From positions 51,357-115,356 of the forward strand of contig CAVOZK010000023.1 in assembly GCA_963700935.1 (NCBI GenBank): 64,000 bases of DNA, read 5' to 3'. This DNA is from an uncultured Alphaproteobacteria bacterium. GTDB taxonomy: Bacteria > Pseudomonadota > Alphaproteobacteria > Rhizobiales > Aestuariivirgaceae. This document shows, in pieces, positions 51,509 through 63,188 of this stretch; within the stretch, counting starts at the first letter, position 1; every line of letters starts with the position of its first letter. The notes beneath the pieces were generated by a model, which saw only the letters and a list, made by a program, of their open reading frames with translations, was not told the origin of the DNA and made no database searches. Position numbers and translations under genes: made by a program.

Positions 51509-51648
51509 GCAGATACTCCCTAAATTCCGGAGGCCGATATCCTCTCGTCAAGGGATGAATAGCATGAATCCGAGCGGCCCAAGACGGCCAGTAGTCTAAT
51601 TAACTGAAATTTGGTTATGGAGAGAAATAGCTAGCAAAATCAGCGGGC

Positions 51649-51948
51649 TTAATTGTACTTAACCACAATCGAGTTAAGTTTTTCATAGCCCAGCATCTCC
51701 CGCACCAGTTCGGAGGCCATGTCGGGATCGACGCTTTCGGGCCGCATCAGGCTGACCCGAGCTTCAACAGCTTCGCGCTTTTGCGTCACCTGGGCAAGGG
51801 CTTCTTCCCTTGCTGCCAATTCGGCCTGCAGGCGGGCATAGTTGTCCTTGCCGCGCGGACCGTCCAGCCCGTGCCAGCCGAACCATGCCATCAGCGCGCA
51901 GCAGCCGAAGAACGTCAGCACGTCGAACAGCTTCGGTTTTCTGAACAT
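51649..51948 (-). CDS. ftsB: Septum formation initiator, FtsB/DivIC family
   Basis: TM segment plus coiled coil, LMRPESVDPDM, conserved position between eno and pdhA. Confidence 0.8.
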   Translation of the reverse strand: MFRKPKLFDVLTFFGCCALMAWFGWHGLDGPRGKDNYARLQAELAAREEALAQVTQKREAVEARVSLMRPESVDPDMASELVREMLGYEKLNSIVVKYN

Positions 51949-52036
51949 GGCTGGCTTTCCCTTGCCCGTCACACGACCGCAATTCCGGCGAAGGCCGGAG
52001 AATCCACAAGATGCGGTCACGCTACCGCCCGCTTGG

Positions 52037-52051
52037 TTAACGGTGTGTTAA
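52037..52051. promoter_or_regulatory. CtrA binding site (perfect consensus) upstream of ftsB
   Basis: TTAA-cggtgtg-TTAA. Confidence 0.75.
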
Positions 52052-52066
52052 GGCAGACGGGAGGCC

Positions 52067-54150
<2,084 letters not shown>

Positions 54151-54277
54151 GCGGGGTCCCACCTCGTTACGCGGACTAACAAACTGGCCTTGATTGTCGG
54201 CGGGCAAGGTTAACGGCGGGTTGCGGCGTTTGAGAAAATTTGCTGCGCTTCATGCCAGTATCACCAAACAGGCGGAA

Positions 54278-54976
54278 ATGCTGATGTTCTCCAAGTCTCG
54301 TCTCACTTACACGCCGGTCCCGCTTCCCGCCCGCCCCGCCTTGAGCGATCACGAAAGCCTTGGCCTCGCGCGCCACCACTTCGAGGCAATGGCCACCCGC
54401 CACACCATCCGCCAGTTTTCGGACCGTCCAGTGCCGCGTGCCATCATCGAGACCTGCATCGCCACGGCCGGGCGCGCACCATCGGGTGCCAATCATCAGC
54501 CGTGGCACTTTGCAGCCATTGCCGACCCGGCCCTCAAGCGGCAGATCCGTGTTGCTGCCGAGGAGGAGGAGCGCAATTTCTATGGCGGAGCGGCGGGCGA
54601 TGAGTGGCTCAAGGCGCTGGAGCCCATCGGTACCGGGCCGGACAAGCCGCACCTGGAAATCGCGCCGTGGCTGATCGTCGTCTTCGCCCAGCGCTGGGGC
54701 GCGTTCGACGCCGGTCAGCGATACAAGAATTACTATGTGCCGGAAAGCGTAGGGCTCGCCTGCGGCTTCCTCGTCACCGCGCTGCATCTGGCGGGACTGT
54801 CTGCGCTCATCCACACGCCCAACCCGATGGGCTTCCTGAACGGGCTGCTGGGTCGGCCGGCTTCGGAAAAACCCACCATGATCATCGCCGTTGGCCACCC
54901 GGCGGACGGCGCGACGATCCCTGAGGCCGCAACGATCAAGAAGCCGCTTTCAGAGATCCTGACTGTGCGAGGCTAG
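54278..54976 (+). CDS. Nitroreductase family, iodotyrosine deiodinase (IYD)-like
   Basis: APSGANHQPWHF, IRVAAEEEERNFY, DKPHLEIAPWLIVVF, YYVPESVGLACG and HTPNPM. Confidence 0.85.
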   Translation: MLMFSKSRLTYTPVPLPARPALSDHESLGLARHHFEAMATRHTIRQFSDRPVPRAIIETCIATAGRAPSGANHQPWHFAAIADPALKRQIRVAAEEEERNFYGGAAGDEWLKALEPIGTGPDKPHLEIAPWLIVVFAQRWGAFDAGQRYKNYYVPESVGLACGFLVTALHLAGLSALIHTPNPMGFLNGLLGRPASEKPTMIIAVGHPADGATIPEAATIKKPLSEILTVRG

Positions 54977-55676
54977 GCGCGCGCCCGCAACGCCTGCTTC
55001 TGCCGCCCGTCCGCATCAAAGTTCGCCGGGTTCAGCCACGCCTCGAACGCCGCCTTGATGCGCGGCCATTCGGTGTCGATGATCGAATACCAGGCCGTGT
55101 CCCGGTTGCGGCCCTTGTACAGGGTCGCCTGCCGGAACAGCCCTTCGTAGCTGAAGCCCAGCCTTTCAGCCGCCGCCCGCGATGGCGCGTTCAGCGCATC
55201 GCACTTCCACTCGTAGCGCCGGTAGCCCAGTTCGTCGAACACTCGCGCCATCATCAGGTACATGGCTTCGGTAGCGCCGCGCGTGCGCTGCAGTGCCGGG
55301 GCGTAGTTGATGTGCCCCACCTCGATGACGCCCACCGCCGGCTCGATGCGGAGGTAGCTCGCCATCCCAACCGGCTTTCCGCTCGCCTTGTCGATGATTG
55401 CGTGAAACAGCGGGTCGTCGCCGAGGCAGGTCTTGCGCATCCAGTCCGCCGTCTCTTCCATGCTGGCGAGCGGCCCATATGGCAGATAAGTCCAGATACG
55501 GCCTTCCCTGTCCGCGCTGAACGCCTCGAACAGGCCTGCCGCGTGAGCGTCCACGTTCACCGGCTCCAGCCGCACGTAACGGCCGTCCATAGCCTCGCGC
55601 GGCGGGCGCGGCCTTGCCGTCCAGCCCGGCACCGGAAAGCCGACCGGCTGACCCAGTTGGTTCCTGTGTCGTTCAT
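54973..55676 (-). CDS. GNAT acetyltransferase, RimJ/RimL type, with a frameshift in the first codons (probable error)
   Basis: NQLGQPVG, IEVGHI, LGYRRYEWKC and GRNRDTAW. ATGA coupling to the corrected upstream stop. Confidence 0.85.
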
Positions 55677-56876
55677 GACTGTTGCTCCGCAATCGCCGTG
55701 TCCGGCCACCCAGCCGGACGACCACGCCCACTGGAAATTGTACCCGCCCAGCCAGCCGGTCACATCCACCACTTCGCCGATGAAGTAGAGACCAGGCACT
55801 TTGCGCGCCTGCATGGTCTTCTGGTCAAGGCCTGCTGTGTCCACCCCGCCGACGGTCACTTCCGCCGTCCGGTAGCCTTCAGTGCCAACTGGCCAAAGCT
55901 GCCACTGCTTCAACGTCTGCGACAGGGCCAATATCTGCGCCTTCGACAGGTCCGCCATGTTGACCCGCGCCACCCCTGCCTCATCGGCGACAAGGTCCGC
56001 CAGCCGCTTCGGCAGCAACTCACCGAGCGCCACCTGCGCCTGCCGCCGGCCCTCGCGTTGCCTGAGGCCGGCAATGGCCTTGTCAGCATCCAGACCGGGC
56101 AAGAGATCGACCGTGACCGGCTCCTTCTCGCGCCAGTACGAGGACACCTGCAGCACCGCCGGACCCGACAGCCCCCGGTGCGTGAACAGCACCGCCTCTT
56201 CGAATTGCGTCTTGCCGCAACTCACCATCGCATCGGCCGCCAGGCCCGAGAGCGGAGCAAGCCGCGCCTTCACGTCATCGCCAAACACCAGCGGCACCAG
56301 GCCTGCACGCGTGTCTGTTACCGAAAGGCCAAACTGCTCCGCCACCCGGTAGCCGAACCCCGACGCACCCATCTTGGGGATCGACTTTCCCCCACAGGCA
56401 ACCACCAGGTTGCGCGCTGCAACCGTCTTGCGTTTGCCCATCTGTTCCACGTCCACTTCGAAGCCCGTCTCGACCTTGCGGATGTCGAGCACCGATGCTT
56501 CAAGCCAAAGCTGCGCACCGGCCCGCGACATCTCATCCAGCAGCATCTGGATGATCTGCTTGGCGCTGTCGTCACAGAACAGCTGGCCCAGAGTCTTCTC
56601 GTGATAGGCAATGCCGTGCTGCTCCACGAGCTTCACGAAGTCGGTTTGCGTGTAACGGCTGAGCGCCGAGCGGGCAAAATGCGGATTGTTGGAGATGAAC
56701 CGCTCCGGCCGGCACTGCAGATTGGTGAAATTGCAACGGCCGCCGCCACTTATGCGGATTTTCTCACCCGGGTTTGCGTTGTGGTCGATAACCAGTACGC
56801 GGCCGCCGCGTCCACCGGCCTGCGCAGCGCACATCAGCCCGGCCGCCCCCGCGCCGATTATCAGAGTATCAAGCAA
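55673..56876 (-). CDS. BaiN/YhiN (HI0933) family flavoprotein, frameshifted near 55701 just before the stop
   Basis: GAGAAG, KIRISGGGRCNFTN, LFTHRGLSGP and GWLGGYNFQWAWSSG. Removing one base gives ...GTAIAEQQS*. Confidence 0.9.
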
Positions 56877-57292
56877 GTGCAGCTCGCATGCGCCAGCAAT
56901 TTGCCGCTGGCATCCAGCAGCTTGGCCTCGGACGTGGCGGTGCGCCGTCCCAGGTGAACCACTTCGCCGCGCGCCGCCACCCTGCCCGTATCGGCCGAGA
57001 TGGCGCGCACCATGTTCACCTTCAGCTCCAGCGTTGTGTAACCCTTGCCGGCTTCCAGTTGCGTATGCACCGCGCAGCCCAGCGCGCTGTCGAGGATCGC
57101 CGTTATCCAGCCGCCGTGCACCGTACCTTGCGGATTGTAGTAATCCGCAGACGGGTACCCCTCGAACACCGCATAACCGTCGCCCACCTCGATCAGCCGG
57201 ATTGCCAGCGACTTGTGCAGCGGCGCCTGCCCGCCGCGTTCCTCGATCATGGCCTGCAGGTTCTCAAGGCCGGTGCGCGCCGTGTCCAGCAT
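56861..57292 (-). CDS. PaaI family thioesterase
   Basis: NPQGTVHGGW..ILDSALGCA and TLELKVN. Confidence 0.9.
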   Translation of the reverse strand: MLDTARTGLENLQAMIEERGGQAPLHKSLAIRLIEVGDGYAVFEGYPSADYYNPQGTVHGGWITAILDSALGCAVHTQLEAGKGYTTLELKVNMVRAISADTGRVAARGEVVHLGRRTATSEAKLLDASGKLLAHASCTCLIL

Positions 57293-57296
57293 GGCT

Positions 57297-58166
57297 TCAG
57301 AACACCTCGGAAAAGGCGATGACGGCGCCACCCGCCACGTCAGGCCCGATGGCGTGGCCCGATGGCGTCGGCTGCCAGCCGATGCCCGCGGCATCAAGAC
57401 AGGCCAGCGCCACCTCGCGGTTCTGCACCTCGATCCGGTAGCCGCCGAACACCGGTCCCTCGGCCAGCGAGGGTGCTGCGTGGCCATAGGCCTGCGCGAA
57501 GGCCTGCGGCTGATACGCGGTCAGCCAGCCGCGCGGCGTCTCGAAGCGCACCGCGTGGGTTTCCTCCTGCACCGGGTCGCGCCCCGTCAGGGTGCGCAGG
57601 AACTGCGCATAATGCAGCGGCTGCTCGCAAACCAGCGCCACCTCGCCAATGCTGACGGCGGTATTCGCATGGCGCTGGTACTCCGGCTTCCAGAAGTGCT
57701 CCGGCGCATGCTGCTGGCAGGTGAAGAATGCCGCGCGCGGCATGTCGGCATGGGTTACGAAGGCCAGCGAAAAGCCCACCGTCACCTCCTCGCCGCCCGG
57801 CAGGCGCGCAATGCGCGAGAAGTCGAACGGTTCGTAGGTGTCAAGGCCTGCCTCGGCAAACACCTGCTGATCAGCGCGCGCGTCAAAGCTTTCGAACACC
57901 AGCATCGAGGCGCCTTCTCGGCCGCCTTCCATGTAGGCCTGGTTGAAGCGGGCGAACGAGAAATGCCCTTCCCTTGCCGGCGGGATCAGCTGCGGGTTGG
58001 GCACATGCAGGAATTCGATGAAGAACCCGTCCAGCTGCACCAGCGAGTTGCCGGTGCCGAACGGATGTTCTGCAGGCGGCGTCAGGGTGAAGCCCGCTTG
58101 CGCCATGGCAAGCCGCAGACCGCCGAAGTCCTGCACGCAATGAACGATGTGATCGAGCCCTCGCAT
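57297..58166 (-). CDS. VOC / glyoxalase-like (Glyoxalase_3) protein
   Basis: LDHIVH, HPFGTGNSLVQLDGFFIE and HANTA. Confidence 0.8.
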   Translation of the reverse strand: MRGLDHIVHCVQDFGGLRLAMAQAGFTLTPPAEHPFGTGNSLVQLDGFFIEFLHVPNPQLIPPAREGHFSFARFNQAYMEGGREGASMLVFESFDARADQQVFAEAGLDTYEPFDFSRIARLPGGEEVTVGFSLAFVTHADMPRAAFFTCQQHAPEHFWKPEYQRHANTAVSIGEVALVCEQPLHYAQFLRTLTGRDPVQEETHAVRFETPRGWLTAYQPQAFAQAYGHAAPSLAEGPVFGGYRIEVQNREVALACLDAAGIGWQPTPSGHAIGPDVAGGAVIAFSEVF

Positions 58167-58312
58167 GGTTTGCCTCGCTTGCCCGCGGAAATGCACGCTC
58201 CTGACCTAGCACATGGCAGCAGGTGCGCAAAAGTTTTCGCGAACGGGGCCATGACATGGATAGGTCCTTGTGCTTAAACAGCCGCACCAGCATCACTCGC
58301 GGGGAGACAGCG

Positions 58313-59035
58313 ATGAAACTCGGCAGCTACAAGGCCCTTACGTTCGATTGTTACGGCACACTGATCGACTGGGAGACCGGCATGTTCGAGGGGTTGAAGC
58401 CGCTCACCTCGCGCCTTGCCAGCCCGCTCACGCGCGACCAGGTGCTGGAGGCGCACGCCCGCCATGAGTCGACGCAGCAGCGCTGGACGCCTGGTTACCG
58501 CTACTCGCACCTGTTGTCGATCGTGTACAAGAGACTGGCGGAAGAATGGGGCTTGCACGCCTCACCGGAAGAGTGCGCAGCCTACGGTGCCTCGGTCGCG
58601 AACTGGCCGGCCTTCGCGGATTCCGCCGAGGCGCTGGCCTATCTCAAGCAGCACTACAAGCTGGTCATCCTGTCCAACGTTGACAATGTCAGCTTCGCCG
58701 CCAGCAACACCAAGCTGGGGGTAGAGTTCGACGCGATCTACACGGCAGAAGACATCGGCTCCTACAAGCCGTCCGACCGCAATTTCGATTACATGCTGGA
58801 ACACCTGGCCGCCCGGGGCATCGGCAAACAGGACATCCTGCACACCGCCGAGAGCATGTTCCACGACCACGTGCCCGCCACCCGCCACGGGCTCACCTCG
58901 TGCTGGATCTACCGCCGCCACGACAAGCAGGGCTTCGGCGCTACCATGAACCCCGGCACGCTGCCTGACGTGGCCTACCGCTTCAATTCGATGGCTGCAC
59001 TGGTTGAAGCCCACAAGGCCGAGCTCCAAGGCTAG
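58313..59035 (+). CDS. Haloacid dehalogenase, type II-like
   Basis: FDCYGTLIDWE, ILSNVD, GSYKP and ESMFHDH. GGGGAG RBS. Confidence 0.88.
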   Translation: MKLGSYKALTFDCYGTLIDWETGMFEGLKPLTSRLASPLTRDQVLEAHARHESTQQRWTPGYRYSHLLSIVYKRLAEEWGLHASPEECAAYGASVANWPAFADSAEALAYLKQHYKLVILSNVDNVSFAASNTKLGVEFDAIYTAEDIGSYKPSDRNFDYMLEHLAARGIGKQDILHTAESMFHDHVPATRHGLTSCWIYRRHDKQGFGATMNPGTLPDVAYRFNSMAALVEAHKAELQG

Positions 59036-60075
59036 CCAATCGTGCGCCTGAGCACGTCCAGCCAGTTGCCCCGGCAGATCCTGTCGACCAGCGCATCGCC
59101 ATACCCCGCCTGCCGCATCGCGCCGACCAGCGCCGGCAGCCCGGAAACATCGCCAATTTCTGCAGGTATCAGCGCGCCGTCGAAGTCCGAGCCCAGCGCA
59201 ACGCCGCCTTCGCCCAGCCTCTCCAACAAGTAGTCCAGATGCCGGATCATGGTGGTGAGCGGGGTGTCAGACGTCTGCCGGCCGTCCTCGCGCAGGAACG
59301 GCACCGCGTAGTTCAGGCCCGCCACGCCGCCACTGTCGCGGATTGCATCCAGCTGCCAGTCCATCAGGTTGCGCGACGAGTTGGACAGCGCATGCACGTT
59401 CGAGTGCGTCGCCACCAGCGGTTTGGTGCTGAGCCTTGCGATGTCGCGAAAGCCTTGCGCGTTCATGTGTGACAGGTCCACCAGCACGCCCAGTTCATCA
59501 CACCGCTTCACCAGCGCCTTGCCGGCATCCGTCAGCCCCGTACTCTGCTCCGGACCGGCCGGAAAGCTGAACGGCACGCCGGTGCCGAAAATGTTGGGCC
59601 GTGACCACACCGGCCCGATGGAGCGCAGCCCGGCAGCGTACAGCACCTCCAGTTCGCCAAGGTCCGGGCCAATGGCCTCGGCGCCCTCGATGTGCATGAT
59701 CGCGGCAATGGCGCCTGCAGCTTGCGCCTGCTCGATATCCGTCACGCACCGGCACAACCTGATGGCGTCGGGCCGTGCGGCGCACATGCGCAGCAGAATA
59801 GCCGCCATCTCGAACGTCACCACCCGCGCCCAGCTTGAGTCCACCGGACCGATGGGCGGCTCGTCGCACACCGCCCCGTCGTCATTGTCGAGGTGAATGT
59901 CCTTGTTCGCTGGCGCATAGATGGCGAAGAAGCCGCCCGCCATGCCGCCGGCGCGGGCGCGGGGCAAGTCGATGTGGCCGCCCTCGTCCCCGTCGAGAAA
60001 GAGCCTGCCGTCGCGATCATTGTGGAGCCAAAGCCTGAGCAGCGTATCGTTGTGGCCGTCGAAGATGGGTTGCAT
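59032..60075 (-). CDS. Membrane dipeptidase (peptidase M19)
   Basis: FDGHND, HIEGAE, VDLSH, ATHSN and GSDFDG. Confidence 0.92.
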   Translation of the reverse strand: MQPIFDGHNDTLLRLWLHNDRDGRLFLDGDEGGHIDLPRARAGGMAGGFFAIYAPANKDIHLDNDDGAVCDEPPIGPVDSSWARVVTFEMAAILLRMCAARPDAIRLCRCVTDIEQAQAAGAIAAIMHIEGAEAIGPDLGELEVLYAAGLRSIGPVWSRPNIFGTGVPFSFPAGPEQSTGLTDAGKALVKRCDELGVLVDLSHMNAQGFRDIARLSTKPLVATHSNVHALSNSSRNLMDWQLDAIRDSGGVAGLNYAVPFLREDGRQTSDTPLTTMIRHLDYLLERLGEGGVALGSDFDGALIPAEIGDVSGLPALVGAMRQAGYGDALVDRICRGNWLDVLRRTIG

Positions 60076-60172
60076 GGGCTGGTCCCGGCATGAATTATCA
60101 CAGGCAGCAAGTGTGGGACGGCGCAACCGCCCGATCAACCTTGAACTACGGGGTAGCCCCGAGCCAGGACAA

Positions 60173-60712
60173 ATGGAATTCTCAACCAGCTACCAAAGCC
60201 GCGAGGAAGAGATTATCGCTCTGTTCACCGCCACCTTCACCGCATCGGAGGGGGCGGCTGAAGGTGCCCTGATCGGCGGGCTCGTCCGCAACATCCTGAC
60301 CAGCGCCGCACACGAGGACCTTCACGTCTTCACCACGCGGGACAATGGCGCGATCATCGCCGCAGCCATCTTCACCCGCATGCGTTACAGCGGGGATCCG
60401 CGCACCGTGTTCATTCTCTCGCCCATGGCCGTTGCGCCTGAGCATCAACGCAAGGGAATTGGCCAAGCCCTGATCATTGATGCCCTGGCAGTCCTACGCG
60501 CCGGGGGAGTGGATGTCGCCGTCACCTATGGCGATCCGGCATACTACGCCAAGGTGGGCTTTCAGCCGGTTAGCATCGACACTATGCCCAGCCCCCTGCC
60601 CCTGACCTGGCCGCACGGCTGGCTGGCGCAATCATTGACCGGCCAGCCGCTAAAGCCGATGGCTGGCCGGTCCGAATGCATCGAAGCCTTGCACGATGCA
60701 CGTTACTGGTAG
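60173..60712 (+). CDS. GNAT acetyltransferase, YhbS-like
   Basis: LSPMAVAPEHQRKGIGQ and YGDPAYYAKVGF. Confidence 0.85.
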   Translation: MEFSTSYQSREEEIIALFTATFTASEGAAEGALIGGLVRNILTSAAHEDLHVFTTRDNGAIIAAAIFTRMRYSGDPRTVFILSPMAVAPEHQRKGIGQALIIDALAVLRAGGVDVAVTYGDPAYYAKVGFQPVSIDTMPSPLPLTWPHGWLAQSLTGQPLKPMAGRSECIEALHDARYW

Positions 60713-60723
60713 TGCACTGGGCG

Positions 60724-62373
60724 CTAGCTGGCGGCGCGCTTCTCGGCCATCAGGCCCTTCACGATCGCCCAGCACATCAGCAGCAGCACCACGGTGAACG
60801 GCAGGCCGGTGGAGATCACCATGGCCTGCAGCGCGGGCAACCCGCCGCCGATCAGCAGCACGATCGCCACGGCACCCTCGAACGTGCACCAGAACACCCG
60901 CTGGGGGACCGGCGCATCGATCTTGCCGCCGGCGGTGATGGTGTCGATCACCAGCGAACCGGAGTCCGACGAGGTGACGAAGAACACGATCACCAGGATG
61001 ATGCCGATGGTCGAGGTGATGGACGCCAGCGGCAGCCCTTCCAGCATGGCGAACAGCGAGATCGGCGGGTTGTAGCTGTCGATCACCTGCGCCTTGACCG
61101 CGCTGCCGGCCGGATCGCTCAGCACCTGGTCGATGGCTGCGCCGCCGAACACTGCCATCCACAGCACGCAAACGAGGCTCGGGATAATCAGCACGCAGGT
61201 CAGGAACTCGCGCACCGTCCGGCCGCGGCTGACCCGTGCAATGAACATGCCGACGAACGGCGACCACGAGATCCACCATGCCCAGTAGAATGCCGTCCAG
61301 CCCTGCATGTAGCCGGTATCTTCCCGCCCGTGCGGATTGGACAGCGGCAGGATGTCGGCAGCATAGGCCCCCAGGCCGGCGACAAAATCGCCGAGAATGT
61401 TGGCGGGTCCCGCCGCGAAGAGCACAAACACCAGCAGCAGCGCTGCCACCACCATGTTGATCTCCGACAGCACCTTCACCCCGCCATCCAGCCCCCGCAG
61501 CACCGAGAACAGCGCAATGCCGGTGATGCCGGTAATCAGGATGACCTGCACCGTCACGTTGTTGGGAATGCCGTATATGTGCTCAAGGCCCGCATTTGCC
61601 TGTTGCGCGCCGAAGCCCAGCGACGTCGCCAGCCCGAACAGCGTGGCGAATACCGCCAGTGTATCGATGATGTGTCCCCACCAGCCCCAGACACGCTCGC
61701 CCAGCAACGGGTAGAACGCCGATCGGATAGTCAGCGGCAAGCCCTTGTTGTAGGTGAACAAGGCCAGTGCCAGTGCCACGATGGCGTAAATCGCCCAAGG
61801 ATGGAGACCCCAGTGATAGATCGTCGCTGCCAGCCCCATCTGCTTGGCCGCCTCGACGTTTTCCGGGATCAGCGTACCATCCTCGGCAATGGGCGATGGC
61901 ACCCCGAGCGGCTGCGAAATGGCCATGTGATAGACCGGCTCCAGCACCCCGAAAAACATCAGCCCGATACCCATGCCGGCCGCAAACAGCATGGCGAACC
62001 AGCCTACATAGCCATAGTCCGGCTGGGCATCCGGCCCGCCTATGCGCACGCTGCCCCAGGGACTGACGATCAGCGCCAGGCAAAAAACCACGAAGATGTT
62101 GGCCGACCAGAGGAAGAACCAGTCGAAGTTGGAGGTCAGCGCCGGTCGCAGCCAGCCAAAAAACGAGCTTGCCTGTTCCGGCAGCGCCAGCGCATAGAAC
62201 ACAAATGCCACGATGGTCAGCCCGGAGATCAGGAATACCGGGTTATGGACATCGAAACCGAATGGTCCCACCGACCCTTCGAGGTTGTCCTGCCCGATCT
62301 CGTAATTAGTGGTGATGAGGTCCGAAGTACCCTCAGGCTCGGGGATACCCTGGTTCACGGTTTGGTCGGCCAT
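60724..62373 (-). CDS. BCCT family transporter (glycine betaine/choline type)
   Basis: AMLFAAGMGIGLMF, HWGLHPWAIY, WAWWISWSPFVGMFIARVSRGRT and FFVTSSDSG. Confidence 0.95.
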   Translation of the reverse strand: MADQTVNQGIPEPEGTSDLITTNYEIGQDNLEGSVGPFGFDVHNPVFLISGLTIVAFVFYALALPEQASSFFGWLRPALTSNFDWFFLWSANIFVVFCLALIVSPWGSVRIGGPDAQPDYGYVGWFAMLFAAGMGIGLMFFGVLEPVYHMAISQPLGVPSPIAEDGTLIPENVEAAKQMGLAATIYHWGLHPWAIYAIVALALALFTYNKGLPLTIRSAFYPLLGERVWGWWGHIIDTLAVFATLFGLATSLGFGAQQANAGLEHIYGIPNNVTVQVILITGITGIALFSVLRGLDGGVKVLSEINMVVAALLLVFVLFAAGPANILGDFVAGLGAYAADILPLSNPHGREDTGYMQGWTAFYWAWWISWSPFVGMFIARVSRGRTVREFLTCVLIIPSLVCVLWMAVFGGAAIDQVLSDPAGSAVKAQVIDSYNPPISLFAMLEGLPLASITSTIGIILVIVFFVTSSDSGSLVIDTITAGGKIDAPVPQRVFWCTFEGAVAIVLLIGGGLPALQAMVISTGLPFTVVLLLMCWAIVKGLMAEKRAAS

Positions 62374-62425
62374 GACAGCCTCCTTCCTGCAATTTCATTT
62401 GATGACGCTGCGCCTTCGCTAGCCG

Positions 62426-62845
62426 TCAGGCGTCGCGGACGATAAAAACCGATGCGCTCGTATGGCCCGCGATATTGCCGCCGTTGGACGGCCAGAAATA
62501 ATCGGCGAGCCCCGGCGTATGGGACGCCATGACGACGAGGTCGGCCCCGGTATCGCGGATCGCCTTCAGCAAGGCGTCGTCGATATCGATCGAAGGATCG
62601 CGGCTGATGATGGCGTGGGCATCGGCGTTGATGCCATGGGTCTTCGCCTGTTGATCGGCGAATGCGCCAAGCCGGGTCTTGAATTCCTCCGGCGTGTGAG
62701 CCAGCGCGCTGGGCGCGGCAGCAGAAACGGATACGTAGGTAACGGCTGCACCGTGCAGCTTCGCCTCTTCCGCAGTCACGTCGAGCGCCCGTTCGAGCTT
62801 GTCCAGATGTGCAAGGTCGACAGGCGCCATGATGCGCTTGAACAT
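62426..62845 (-). CDS. Universal stress protein
   Basis: MFKRIMAPVD, GADLVVMASH and SVFIVR. Confidence 0.88.
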   Translation of the reverse strand: MFKRIMAPVDLAHLDKLERALDVTAEEAKLHGAAVTYVSVSAAAPSALAHTPEEFKTRLGAFADQQAKTHGINADAHAIISRDPSIDIDDALLKAIRDTGADLVVMASHTPGLADYFWPSNGGNIAGHTSASVFIVRDA

Positions 62846-63188
62846 ATTTTTTCTCCCCTCCGGCCACATGGATCAGCCAACGCTGCCCGCCGGGCTTGTC
62901 TTTCCTCCTCCAGAAACGCCTGTTCATTCGCGGTACAGGCGAGACATCTTCAACATCGCCATGGTTAGCACGATTGCTCCGCATACGCCAAATCGACTGT
63001 CCCCAGCGGTGGAAAACCCCGGTCGGAACGGCATGACGCATGCGGCTGGAGCATCGTCTCTGTGCGGAAATGTTAACTTCCAGGATGCTAGAAAGGGCGA
63101 TCCACACCCCCCGCAAACCCGATGACTTCAGGCATGGGGCTTGCATTGCGGGCGGCATGGGCGGCAGGCGCCACGGGAGAAGACCCTA

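Noticed and set aside
54208-54224. Fourth CtrA site (GGTTAA-cggcggg-TTGC)
   Set aside because: Only a half-site matches, which is too weak to call.
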